From Eledone cirrhosa (Eukaryota), in NCBI GenBank assembly GCA_964016885.1, contig OZ024741.1, positions 93,930,001-93,994,000 on the forward strand: 64,000 nucleotides of DNA, written 5' to 3'. This document shows, in pieces, positions 12,330-31,520 of this stretch. Both the position numbers and the translations under genes were made by a program. The notes under the pieces were generated by a model, which worked only from the letters and a program-made list of their open reading frames with translations, was not told where the DNA came from and searched no databases. Position 1 is the first letter of the stretch; the number at the start of each line of letters is the position of its first letter.

Positions 12330-14105
12330 AATTACATTAACCGATGCGCATAGACACATATATTATTTGGTACTCTCCCCCATTCTCTTTAAGCGATAAA
12401 ACACCTTTAGCAAAGCTATTTTTTAAAGTACTAGACACATGTTTTCCTAAAGCCCACAGATACCACTCTATTTATAACAGACATACTATAAAACTATCCT
12501 GCTCTACTACTATGAACATAGCACAAACATAAATAGAATTAATAATAGAAATTTAAATTTAAACCATAACCAAAATTGCAATAATAATAATTCTAGGAAT
12601 ATCCAGTATGATAGTACCGTTCCGAGCAACAACAACTCCGTAAAATGTAACTGTAGAATCAAATCAAACTGCCCTTTATAAAATAATTGTTTAGTTAAAA
12701 ATGTAGTTTATAAATGCACAGTTAAAACTAGAGATGATATATTTAACTATGTCGGTGCCACCTCTACAGAATTTAAACAATGCTGGAATAACCAGAATCA
12801 TACTTTTAAAAGATCTGATAAAAATCTTCTACTTCACTTTCACATCTTATATGGAACTTAAAAAGCAAGAATATAGACTATTCAATATCTTGGAAAACGA
12901 TTTCAGAAGCACCTGCGTACCGAAATATGGCTTTATCAAAATTCTGTAAATTGTGTATTGAAGAATTTTTTTATATAATTAACTGTCAAAACTCTATTAA
13001 TCTCAGAACAGAATTATTTTCTTCTTGCAGACATCGCCAACATTCCACGTTCAGAACTATGTTTAACTTATAATATTCCTTAAACCTTCAAAATGATCTT
13101 ATCATTTAAAAATTTTTAATATTTTAATATCTTAATATTTCTAATTGATAATATCTCTAATATTTGTAATATTTTCACTTTTCAGCAAACACTCCTTTAA
13201 TATATATATATATTTATTTATATATATATATGTGTGTATGTATATAATTTTAATTTTTAATCTTTTAATTCTTACATTATCATTTTCTAACGAAACTCTC
13301 TAAATAAATTTTTTTAGACGTAGATTGATAATTATTAGAAACATTTATCCTCTTCACGACAGTTTCTTAGATAAACACATCACGTATCTCCTCTTTTGTT
13401 TGTTTTTATTCTAAAAATTTCACACATCTTTCGACTAAAATAATTAATTAATCTCACACTTCTTTAAATTCATCGATTAACAAACTAAATTGGAGTTATC
13501 TTTCCTTTCTCAATATTATAATACATCTTTAACGCTGAACAAAATATTCAAATCTATATATTTACATATAACTCATATTATAAACAACTAATAACAGTAA
13601 ATTATCAATATCTCTTTAACAATTATTAATATATATAGATATTTATACATATATCCTACAATATTTCAATAAGATAAATACTTACAAACATAATTCTCCA
13701 TATAAGTATAATATAGGCAAATATAAACATTTTTTTCTTCCCCCAAATTAACGTAAATATGTGGTCTTCTTTTCTTTTTCTTTCTTTTTCTCCTCTTTTC
13801 TTTCTCTCCTAATAATACAAACATATATCTAAATTTCCATAGCGTCTAAAATAACGGTTTTTTAATCATATACCCAACCTCATTTACATATTCATTAGCA
13901 TACTCATCCTAACAATTTTGAATTTTAAATCCACTATCCAAGGAATACTTCAACTGATAAGGTTGGCTATGTCAAAATTTATAAAACACAGTTTGTATTT
14001 TATCTGATGAAAGCGTACCAAACTTTTTGGTACCCTTGAAATATATATAATAGAATAAATATGGTTTTATAAATATATTTTCCATTTATTTAATATCATT
14101 GTGTA
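12330..14105 (+). mobile_element. Decayed 5'-truncated PLE, probably Hydra-clade-like (GIY-YIG region plus 3' UTR)
   Basis: IIWYSPPFS, KCNCRIKSNCP..CLVKNVVYKC..YVGAT, FCKLCIEE...ELFSSCRH across frameshifts; HHR near the 3' end. Clade assignment is from recalled motifs. Confidence 0.7.
13996..14057 (+). ncRNA. Type I hammerhead motif
   Basis: tattttat-CTGATGA-(gtaccaaa/tttggtac)-GAAAT-ATAT-ATA-atagaata. Confidence 0.75.
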
Positions 14106-14129
14106 TATATATATATATACACACACACA

Positions 14130-14187
<58 letters not shown>

Positions 14188-14198
14188 GAAAAGTATAG

Positions 14199-14280
<82 letters not shown>

Positions 14281-14868
14281 TAATTCTGTGTGCATTCATT
14301 TATTAAGCTGCTCGCTTCACTTCGGAAGCGGCCCCCTGCTTCTTTTCAAATTCCTCAACACTAGCAGAAATGAGATTTCGCCACTGGGCTCTATCGGTTG
14401 AAAGATTTTCCCATATTTCCGCGTTGACGTTGACTTTTTTTCAAGGTATCTTTCAGACAGTCTTTGAAGCGCTTGTGTGGTTTGCACCGTAAGCGTTTGC
14501 TTGCAACAATTCACCATACAAAACTTGTTTGGGAATTCTGCTGTCATTTAGGCGTACTATACAGTATACTGTCCATGTCTCACATCCATAGAGCAAGACT
14601 GTAAGCACACGTCTGACTGTGACCACAGGCGATTCTCCACCTTACCAAAAACATCGTAAGCTATAGACAGCCGGTATTTAGATTCCCTTCTAATTGTTCT
14701 TTTGTCCGAACCATTTAATACATATACACACATACACAGGCACACATATAGTCATAGATCTGCTCAATCGGTTAATCAATGACATACATAAACTGATAAT
14801 GGGTGACGGTGGTGTCTACTTCATTTTCACGAAATTATCAAACTGCATAGAGGTGACTACATGTCGAC

Positions 14869-14963
<95 letters not shown>

Positions 14964-15281
14964 CACACACAGCACACACACACAACACACACACACACAT
15001 ACACGCGCGCACACACACACAAATATGACTCGCCTAACAACATTCCACAAATAAATGATTGATGAACAATTATTACGTCTAAAGAAAAATACTTTATAAA
15101 TAAGTACAAATACGCTTTTCTATTTAAGGTATGAATATTTTCCTCACATTGACATATTTATTTGTGTACTATGAAACGTTCTTAACAAAATCTCATTGTA
15201 TAACTGAGATTACTCTCAAGAGTCGGTCTTTAGTTCACTATATATAGTGAACTAAAGACCAGCCATATATATATATATATA

Positions 15282-15458
15282 ACTGTTTCTACTTTTGGCA
15301 CAAGGCCAGAAATTATCTCAGTGAATTACTGGTACTTTATTTTATCGACCCCGTAAGGATGAAAGGCAAAGTTAATCTCGGCGGGATTTGAACCCAGATC
15401 ATAAAGGGAGGTAACTCTATGCTTCAATGCATGGCGCCCGACCCTCTACCGATACCGC

Positions 15459-15460
<2 letters not shown>
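15282..15460 (-). mobile_element. tRNA-derived SINE (Meta-domain-like core)
   Basis: B-box-like ggttcaaatccc, then gcctttcatccttacggggtcgataaaataaagtaccag; other copies at 25553-25740, 26310-26440, 26520-26740 and 45315-45425. Confidence 0.65.
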
Positions 15461-15503
<43 letters not shown>

Positions 15504-15515
15504 ACAATTCCTTCG

Positions 15516-21367
<5,852 letters not shown>

Positions 21368-21515
21368 CGAAGGAATTGTGGTAAGGAACCAGATGGACCA
21401 TAACGCACCAGAGTACTCAATACTTAGGGTAGTAGAGTGGGTAATAGGAAAAAGTATGACCCCCAACGGCAGAGCTCAAGCCGTTTCGATGGCTATTTCT
21501 GGGGTCATACTTTTT

Positions 21516-21548
<33 letters not shown>

Positions 21549-21551
<3 letters not shown>

Positions 21552-21597
21552 TCCTGATGATTTCTAAAGAATGAAACAGTTCTAGTCCTGTAGAATC
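21549..21597 (+). ncRNA. Type I hammerhead motif
   Basis: gattc-CTGATGA-t-ttct/agaa-t-GAAACAG-ttctagtc-CTGTA-gaatc. Confidence 0.75.
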
Positions 21598-21690
21598 TAA
21601 TCTATATTAAAACTATATAAATATATATATATATGGTCGGTCTTTAGTTCATTATATATATATAAATGTATATAGTGAACTAAAGACCGA

Positions 21691-21773
<83 letters not shown>

Positions 21774-21784
21774 CACATATATAA

Positions 21785-21965
21785 TATAGAAATGGCTTCT
21801 ACAGGACTAGAACTGTTTCATTCGGGAGAAATCATCAGGAAGCTCTGAATGAAACAGTTCTAGTCCTGTAGAAGCCATTTCTATATTAAATATTTATACT
21901 CTGCTATGTATTGAGTGCCTTACTTACTGTAGTTAAGCCTGATTGAACCCTGGATAAAATTACAT
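21785..21965. mobile_element. Mini inverted HHR element (HHR on minus strand 21795-21843; truncated plus copy with tail)
   Basis: Minus strand gcttc-CTGATGA-tttctcccgaat-GAAACAG..CTGTA-gaagc; same family as 48695-49010 and 57405-57600. Confidence 0.75.
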
Positions 21966-22151
21966 ATATATAATCTATAAACTACGCAAGGTGAGGTAGA
22001 CACATAATAATTTAAAATATAAATCAAAATGATTTATCACACTATATATCACACACGTACAAACCCAAAGAAATTCGTTTCGCCATAAAATTAGTAACCG
22101 AAATGGAAATAGTTATGGCTCATCAGTGCGAGACACTCTAAAAATATTTAA

Positions 22152-23075
22152 GACTAGCAGTGGTACCCGGCGTTGCACAGGATAAGTTATTTTGGAACGC
22201 GGGCTTTCAACAGACCTAATCGTGAACAAATTGCACGCCTGGACAATATGTAAAGAAAATAAACCGAATACTCTGATGGCTGGATAATCTTTAAGATTTT
22301 CGTCGATGAAGCAGGAAAAATGCAGGTTTTCACCTAATGCGGGCCCCAGGGGATCAAGAAAATGGATTTTTTAATGTGCATTATATGCCTTGAAATTTCG
22401 GGAAAATCGGCTTGACGTAACGCCTCCAAAAAGCCATAAAAAGTTGAAAAAATGAAGTTTTTCACCTAATGCGGGCCCTAGGCCATAAGAAAGTTGGATT
22501 TTCTTTGCTTACGGTATGAAGAAGAGACTGACTAATACATAGTTACAATTTCAAGGAAATAGGTCTGACGTAACGCCTAAAAAACCCCCTAAAAACCTTA
22601 AAAAAACGCAGTTTTTCACCCAATGCGGGCCACAGGAGATCAAAAAGTCGAATATTTTAATGTGCATAACACTCTCTGAAACATAAGTAATACACATGTA
22701 AAGTTTGAAAGAAATCGGTTGGGTACTTCTCGAATTTTAGGGATTCAAACTCACAGACACACACAGACAGACATCCTCAGGGAAGTGACGTAATGCAGAC
22801 AGCCAGACATACAGACAGATATTACAAGGGCGCGACGTTATATGTATGTATCTATCTAAAAAGAGAAAGACTAAGAATTATAGAGCGAGATCGCTAAATC
22901 ACCTAATGCGGTCTCTAGGGCATTGCAAATTTGAATTTTATTTTGCTCAGAACACTCCCTGAAACATAAGTATTACATGTGTAAAGTTTGAAAATAGTCG
23001 GTTGGGTGGTTCTCGAGTTTTAGGGATTCAAACTCACACACACACAGACAGAAATCGTCAGTTTTATATATATAG
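22152..23075 (-). mobile_element. Non-autonomous Helitron-like element
   Basis: Minus-strand end gtgcaacgccgggtaccactgCTAG; similar to 11735-12319. Confidence 0.6.
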
Positions 23076-23160
23076 ATAACTGCCATGCAACACGCGGTAT
23101 AGAGAAGTGAGCGCATGCGATATATATATATATATAAATTATTTTTAATTGTAATACTCA

Positions 23161-23206
23161 ACATTTGATAAGATGAATTTTAATAATACATCGAAACCGG
23201 TAATAC
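23161..23206 (+). ncRNA. Hammerhead-like motif, U3:A8 core variant, weak stem I
   Basis: TTGATAA-gatg..catc-GAAAC-CG-GTA. Confidence 0.45.
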
Positions 23207-23341
23207 TTTATATACATTATAAAACTCTTTTTTAAAAGAATTGTCCTTCTCATTTTTTCAATAATATCACTTTGACGAATTAAAGAAAGGAAAAAAAAAC
23301 AAAAAAACAGACCCTAAAATATATTTTCCGTGCTATTTCCC

Positions 23342-23454
<113 letters not shown>

Positions 23455-23776
23455 AAAAAGGAAGTTTGTTTGTTCGTACGTTGACCGCTAATAATACTAA
23501 ATTAACTTGATAATTAAGTTTTTCCGCGTTTTCAACTAATCTGACCTCCAACAAGCACACTTTCGGTTTATTTTCCGGCATGGGGGTTGTCGAGTTTGTC
23601 GAGAATTTACTGCTCTTTCTAGCACCCATATGCTGTCTGTTCGTCCCTCATGCTATCTATATAGGGAGTGAAATACTACATCTCTCACCAAATCCACATG
23701 CCCTTCTCTTTAACTAACTAAAACTCACGCACATGTATATGTATGAATGTATATATATATGTATATATATATGCAT

Positions 23777-23868
<92 letters not shown>

Positions 23869-24099
23869 GAATTTGTTTTGCAAGGTTTTTGATATGAAAT
23901 CATGTGTTGGAACAAATATTGATATATTTGGGGAGTGTCATATTGTTATAATATTGCCAGAAATAATAATAAAACACACTCACTATTTGGATTGGATTGG
24001 TTTTGGTTTTCGCTTCTGTATCTTTTATATCTCCATAGTTAATTTATCTGGCAATCAATGTTTGATTGACCAGCGGTTAAAAATACAGATATAAATATA

Positions 24100-25022
24100 G
24101 TAATATATGTATAAATAAACACAGTAAATTTCGTGTCTAAAATTACGAGGGTAGAGAATGCCACAAATGTTTTAAATATTTAATCTTAAACATACAGTAG
24201 GATATAATTTTATACTGACCGTATCAAAAACATTTCGTCTCTCGGACAGATTAGAGATTTAATCTGTTTCGCTCTGAAAATTGTGTTTGTAACAGATAAT
24301 CTGTAGGCTATCATCAGCGAGAGATTAGATCAAATGAAACAAAACACATCTAACAGCAACCGGAGGAGTAAAAATTTGTTCCTCGTGGTTATGCTAAAAA
24401 TATGTTCCTGAGTGGTTATGCTAGAAATAATAGCCTTATCACACTCAATTTACTGTGTTTATTTATACATATATTACTATATAATGCTCAGCATTTATAC
24501 TTTGAGCTTGTTTAATTGCAGGGTATCAATATGAGTTAATAACTCTGTATTTTATTTGTATTTCGGCTCCCTATCTAGGTGAGCTTATAAATTGAGTGTG
24601 ATAAGGCTATTATTTCTAGCATAATCACTCATACCACGTATAGCGTGCAGCCCACGAGGAGCATAATTTTACTCCTCCGGTTGCTGATAGATGTGTTTTG
24701 TTTCATTTGATCTAATCTCTCGCTGATTGTAGCCTACAGATTATCTGTTACAAACTCAATTTTCAGGGCAAAACAGATTAAATCTCTAATCTGTCCGAGA
24801 GATGAAATGTTTTTGATACGGTCAGTATAAAATTATATCCTACTGTATGTTTAAGATTAAATATTTAAAACATTTGTGGCATTCTCTACCCTCGTAATTT
24901 TAGACACGAAATTTACTGTGTTTATTTAAACATATATTACTATATAATGCTCAGTATTTATACTTTGAGCTTGTTTAATTGCAGGGTATCAATATGAGTT
25001 AATAACTCTGTATTTTATTTGA
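24100..25022. mobile_element. Non-coding HHR-bearing element with inverted and direct terminal repeats
   Basis: 24105-24380 is inverted at ~24660-24940; ~24447-24555 is repeated directly at ~24911-25020. Confidence 0.7.
24239..24323 (-). ncRNA. Type I hammerhead motif with long stem III
   Basis: ctctcg-CTGATGA-40 nt-GAAACAGATTA-aatctc-TAATCTGTC-cgagag. Confidence 0.7.
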
Positions 25023-25552
25023 CTATAAATATATATATATGTATAGTCTATCAAAGTTCTTTCATCACACACTTATGACATCATCAGTGGTACTATTATG
25101 CTTCCTCCCGTTGTATTGTAATATCTACGCCATTTTAATTTAATTTATTTATCTCTGTTTGCGCATGCGTTTGCGCGTGTGTTTTCTGTTTGGTGTGTGT
25201 GTTCGTGTCTGAGTCTATGTGTGTTTGAATTCTATCTTTGTTCACCAGTGTGTGTTTATGTGTAGTTGTTGTTATTGTTTATATTGTGTAGTTGTTTATA
25301 TTTACCTTAGGTCAGTAAGGTGTGTTTGTGAATGGTTGTTGTTGTTATTTAAGTCATTTCTATGTTTAGATAATATCTAAACATAGAAATGACTCAACAG
25401 GTAGACAAATCAGAGAAGCAACTAAAATAGAACTAAGAAAACCAAAGTTGAACAGAACAAATTTCGCGCCAGTTCGTGTTTGAGGGTTATTTATTTTCCA
25501 TTTCACAGTCACATAACTGGCCATATAATATAAATTTCTTTATTAAAATGAT

Positions 25553-25740
25553 AATTGTTTCTACTTTTGGCACAAGGCCAGCAATTACCCAGTACATTAC
25601 TGGTACTTTATTTTATCGACCCCGTAAGGATGAAAGGCAAAGTTAACCTCGGCGGGATTTGAACTCAGACTGTAAATGGACGTAACTATGCTAGAAAGCA
25701 TAGCGTCCAACCCTCTACCGATGCTGCCAATCCACCGCCC
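25553..25740 (-). mobile_element. tRNA-derived SINE, apparently complete
   Basis: A-box-like tggcagcatcgg, B-box gagttcaaatccc, conserved core, tail ccttgtgccaaaagtagaaac. Confidence 0.7.
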
Positions 25741-25982
25741 TATAATATAATATAGGTGCCAGAAAAGGATGGCTTGTCATAGAAAGTTTTGTGCCAAACA
25801 AAAGATAATGGTCAAGAAATGGGAGGGGGAGAAATTGTTCTGGTTCAGTGAGTATAGCTGATGTCATTCTGGGGTGTCAACATTCAGACTTTGTATTGAA
25901 ATAAGTTGAATGTTTGTGTCGATAGTGGTGGCGGCGGCGATGGATGGTGGTGGCAGGGTAGAAAAGAGAAATATATTATTTA

Positions 25983-26047
<65 letters not shown>

Positions 26048-26085
26048 AGAGTTAGCATGTTATGGTGTTAACATACTAACGTATA

Positions 26086-26262
26086 TTAAACTATATTTAA
26101 TGCTGGTCTATATTTTTGAATAAACATATTTTCCTTATTTATTTGTAATTGGTCTGTTGTATTGTCAGTGCAAAGATAAAGTGGGAAGTCTTGGAATTTG
26201 GGTGTCTTATTGTTTGCACATATGTCTAGATGTCCACTGAGTGGTATCTGTTTTGTGGTAGG
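26086..26262 (-). pseudogene. PLE GIY-YIG C-terminal remnant (Neptune-like)
   Basis: QIPLSGHLDICA..FPLY..KENMFIQKYRPALN aligns by eye with the end of ORF 40475-42748. Confidence 0.75.
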
Positions 26263-27829
26263 GTCTATATATACACTCGCACGCATATACTCATATATAT
26301 ATCTATAATTGTTTCTACTTTTGGCACAAGGCCAGCAATTAACCAGTACATTACTGGTACTTTATTTTATCCACCCCGTAAGGATGAAAGGCAAAGTTAA
26401 CTTCAGCAGGATTTGAACTTGGACCGTAAAGGACCGTAACCCTATATATCTATAATACTTATAAAAAGGAAGTTAGTACGTTGACTGCAAAAAACACTAA
26501 ATAAAATTAGCAATAATGATTTCTAGTATAGGCACAAGGTCAGTATTTTTTTTTTGGGGGGGGAGGGGGGGAGTCGATTAAATCGACCCCAGTACGTTAC
26601 TGGTATTTTATTTTATCGACCCCGTAAGAATGAAAGGCTAAGTTAACCTCAGCAGGATTTGAACTTAGACTGTAAAGGACCGTAACTCTATGTTGCAAAG
26701 CATGGTGTCCGACTCTCTACCGATACTCTCCAATCCACCGAAGGTTTTCCGTGTGTTTTCAGCTCATATGATCCCGGCATGCTCGCAATGGACCTTTTCT
26801 CCTAAAACAGAATGGGAGTGGGGGGAGATCAGATTTTCCTAGCCTCAGAGGTTTCTTCTGTGGGAATTCTTTTCTTTTTTATTTTTTTTCGTTTGTTTTC
26901 GAATGATCTTACATCCGACTTACTCGCCAACAACTACTCAGCCGTTTAAATTTATAGAAAAACACCCGCTGGGGATCGTGAAAAGAAGCTTTTTCCTATT
27001 TTCTTCATGTGTTTTCAACTAATCTGATCTCTGACATATATACCGAAACCTATCCATACATTGATCCCTGGGTGATATTTAACGGTCATTTTCTGGGTTA
27101 TCTCTTTTCGGGCGTCAACAGGTCTGAAATTGGATGATGTTGAAAGGTCATCCCTTTATTCTCAAGTGTTGGAGACAATGGAAGCGACATAGATAAATAG
27201 CCTGCCTTAGACCAGGCCAGGCAGTTCGGAACGATTCTTGATAGAGTAAACATGTAAACTATTGCTTTCCACATACCCTTTGGGTCTTACTGACTCTTAC
27301 TCCCTCTCTTTCAGTCAATCTCTATCTCTTGGTCTCTTTCTTAACCAATCTAGTGAAGTGCATGAAGTTATCTTGGTAAATACAACTTTAATTCTACTTT
27401 TACAAACAAACAAATAACGTCCATTCTTGTGTATTTTTCTTATAGCTTCGGAGTGAGCTATTTCAATAAATTAATAATATATTATCGTGGTTCATTTATA
27501 TTTTCTGCGTGATCAAGGAACTATCATATCATCATAATCTTATTGAACACTTACTCACTTACCTGCACACATGCAACCTCTGGTCACATTGTATCACACA
27601 ACAGTGACCACACGGCACAGCAAGCTACAAATGAACACACACGCAACAAACTAATCAACACCACAACACAGTCAACTACCAACACAACCATCAAATCTAC
27701 GCTATAGACATGCTTGCAATCGCCTTCTTTTCCGAAAACGGAATTGGAGACTAGGGGAAGAAATCCTCCGATTTTCCCAGCCTCGAAGACTTCTTCAGTG
27801 TGGATAATAGGGGCAGGAATGGAGAGGGA

Positions 27830-28345
27830 CACTCGGTGTTACAGATAAGCACCTCTTGGCCGTTTACATTGATAGAAAAGCAATCCCTTGATGAAGGGTG
27901 TTTTGATCTTTCATCATTTTGAACTGTTGTGGAAAGTGTTGTAAGCTTAATTAATTAAATGTTCCCCAATTTCGAAATCCACTGTTCCAATGAGGAGTGG
28001 CTGTGTGAAAGAGCAATCCTTTCCCCCCAAAACATCACAGTGAATTCCACCAACGCAATCTCTCACAAATAATCCCTGGAGGTAACCAGACCTATAAATT
28101 TATTGACAAAGTTGTCGATGAGGACGATGCTGTTCATTATCCCGTTGAATTTCTCAACAATCTGGAACCGTCCGGCAGGCTGCCACAAACCCTTGAATTG
28201 AAGAAGGGTACAGTCAGCACGTTTCTCAGAAACCTGGATCAACTATAATTGTGCAAAGGGACGTGTATTGTTGTTGCTGAATTACAGCTTCATAATATCG
28301 AAGCCCAAATCCTCACTGGGTGTGGTAAGCGACACATAGTGTATC
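27830..28345 (+). pseudogene. Helitron PIF1-type helicase remnant
   Basis: WLCERAILPPK, YKFIDKVVDEDDAVHYPVEFLNNLEPSGRLPQTLELKKG..LRNLD..LCKGT, with stops and frameshifts. Confidence 0.8.
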
Positions 28346-28657
28346 GTTGACTTTTGTTCATAAAAAATCAATTTGTTTTCATAGCTTTTACATATTACAA
28401 CTTAATCAAGAATAGTTTCAAAAGTAAGTATGGCGCCCTGGTTTCTACTTCACTGCCCATGATAACATCAGTATGTCTCTTCAATATAACATATTTATAT
28501 GTATGTACTTACATATACATATAGTTTGCGTGTGTGTGTTTGTGCATTCTATTCATTTCGGCACAAAAACTTTGAAAGAAAAAAATAACTTAGTTCGTCA
28601 TTTCGTTTTAAATAGAGCAGAATCGATATATATATATACACACTTATAAAAACGGGG

Positions 28658-28759
<102 letters not shown>

Positions 28760-29674
28760 CATATGACTCTGTTACAGTCAGAAATACACACTCTTACAGC
28801 TTTGTACAGGCCAACAACAAACACACACACACTTTTACACAGAAACACACAGACACACACTTAAACTCATATACACACAAACATAACCTCATAGCTTATA
28901 TGTGCAATAAAGTAAGTTAAACATTTAGATGTACATTGTTTATCTAAATGCTTCAAGCCCAATGAAAATTAACGGAAAGAGATATATATTAGTGGTTTGT
29001 AGAGTATTCAATATTTTGAGGAGCAGTGTAGATTTTACTATTTTTTAGGGGAAGGTGCTAAAGTAGAATTGAAAACAGAAGATTTGTACTATATTAAGTA
29101 GAAATAACTATTGATAAAATAAATATTAGGCCTTGCTGCGTAATTGGAGTTCGCTTTATAACTACGTCTTTGGGCATTCACTCCCATTTCGCGGCGTCTT
29201 GGGTGTCTTCTATTATAGCCATGAGCAATGCCTTATAAGTGAAATTTGGTAAACGGAAACTGTGGAAGCCCGTCGTACCCTCTCACATACACACGCACGC
29301 ATACATACATACATACATACATACATACATACATACATACATACATACATACATACATACATACATACACATATATTCTGTAAAATATAAAGGAAACAAT
29401 CCAGCCCAGTCAAAAGAGTTTTCATAGAATTGGGACCTTTGTAAGAACTGAGGCATAGTACATGACAAGAAATGAGCCATAGTGCCTGTAAATTCATATG
29501 AGATGGTGTAATTTAGTGGAGGATCGATAGACTTATACCATCGATTGTTTTATTTCTACCATGAAATTATTTGCAACGACGTTACATATACATAATGACT
29601 ACACACAAACACACACACACGCGCACACACACGCACACACACACACACGCGCACACACACGCACGCACACACAC

Positions 29675-29714
<40 letters not shown>

Positions 29715-29729
29715 ACATACACACACGCG

Positions 29730-29835
<106 letters not shown>

Positions 29836-30194
29836 TCACATACCCATGTATGTATGCATGTATGTATGTTCTTCTGGTTTTATAATTTCACAAATTTTTG
29901 CCAATAGAGAGAGAGCCTGTTTCTAACATAGACACAAGACCCTCTCATTGGAATTTACACAACATTGACAAGGTAGATATGTATGTCTGCATGCATGTGT
30001 GTGCATGTATGGATGTTATTGTATGTGTTGATGTGTTGTATGTGTGCATGTGCATACGCTTTGTATCTGTACATGTGTATATGTAGTTATTAGATGCACA
30101 ATTTTTGGAATGTTTTACATATTTTTACTGTTCTATTAATGGATTGTACTTGTAATTTCCTAACTAATCGTGTTCTTTCTGTTTCTGTGAAGTC

Positions 30195-30462
30195 TAGCTT
30201 GTTAAGATTTTGTATTGAGGCAGTTACTAACATACCCCAGTGCCCCAATAATCACAGGCATAAATCTGAAGGTATAATCAAGGTGGAGTATCTGCAGATT
30301 TCTCATTAGTTCTGCATAGATATTCTCTTTTTCGCTAATCTTTAATATTATATTGACATCTGCAAGGCAGCTAACTTCCACTATTGTGCATGCCTTCTTT
30401 TCCCTGTCCCATATTATATCTGGTCTGTTATGCTTACATTTTATTGGGGTTTTGACTGGAAT
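30195..30462 (-). pseudogene. R4/Dong-type restriction-like endonuclease remnant
   Basis: KHNRPDIIWDREKKACTIVEVSC..DVNI..K..EK..Y.EL..PVIIGALG. Confidence 0.75.
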
Positions 30463-31019
30463 ATGTATGTATGCATGCATGCATGTATTCAAGCATGCAT
30501 GTGTGCATGTATGTATGTATGTATGTATGTATGTATGTATGTATGTATGTATGTATGTATGTATGTATGTATGTATGCATGCATGTATGTATGCATGTAT
30601 GTATGTATGCATGCATGTATGTATGTATGCATGCATGTATGTATGCATGCATGTATGTATGTATGCATGCATGCATGCATGCATGCATGCATGCATGTAT
30701 GTATGTATGTATGTATGTATGTATGCATGCATGTATGTATGTATGCATGCATGTAAGTATGTATGTATGTATGTATGTATGTATGTATGTATGTATGTAT
30801 GTATGTATGTGTCAATAATGGTCACAAGTGTAGTGTTTGTACCAGAGTTTTCAAGTCGCTGGCTGGACTAAAATGTTCACACTTGTTCACCGCATCGGTA
30901 GGGGTTCTCCTACATGGATATAAAGTAGTGGCCGTACTCGAAAACGAGTTGGCAGCCACCATGTATGTATGTATGTATGTATGTATGTATGTATGTATGT
31001 ATGTATGTATGTATGTATG

Positions 31020-31048
<29 letters not shown>
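30463..31048. repeat. (ATGT)n/(ATGC)n tetranucleotide microsatellite, interrupted at 30812-30960
   Basis: Directly visible. Confidence 0.95.
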
Positions 31049-31052
<4 letters not shown>

Positions 31053-31267
31053 GCGTGTATTCATAGATTACTTTAATCTTAGGGTTAAATGGACCACTTA
31101 TACATTAAATGACTGAATTTGAGGGAAGTATAACAGTGAATTCCATTTATTTTTATGTGCTATACAGAAGTCTATTTGTTTCGAATATAAGTTAGATTCT
31201 TAGAGGAGAATATAATTTCCCTTCATATAAGTTTATACATATATCCATGAAAATATTTATATGAAAG

Positions 31268-31520
31268 TCACAGAGAGGCAACATTTCGACGGTGTGATAG
31301 TGATTGAAGCCGACATGATAAGCCAGGACCAATGATGTTGACGATTCTTCTTTGTATTTTATTCAGACTCTGAAGGTGCATAACAGAAGCACCAGACCAG
31401 ATGTGATAACAGTACTCAAAACAAGGACGAATAACAGATTTATAAAGATGTAAGATACTTTTAGGCGTGCAAAAAGTTCTGTTATTACAACGAACCAACT
31501 TTCTGAGCAGGAGACTTAGC
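31268..31520 (-). pseudogene. CR1/L2-group LINE remnant
   Basis: LYKSVIRPCFEYCYHIWSGA..LNKIQRR..LQSLSHRRNVASL. Confidence 0.75.
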
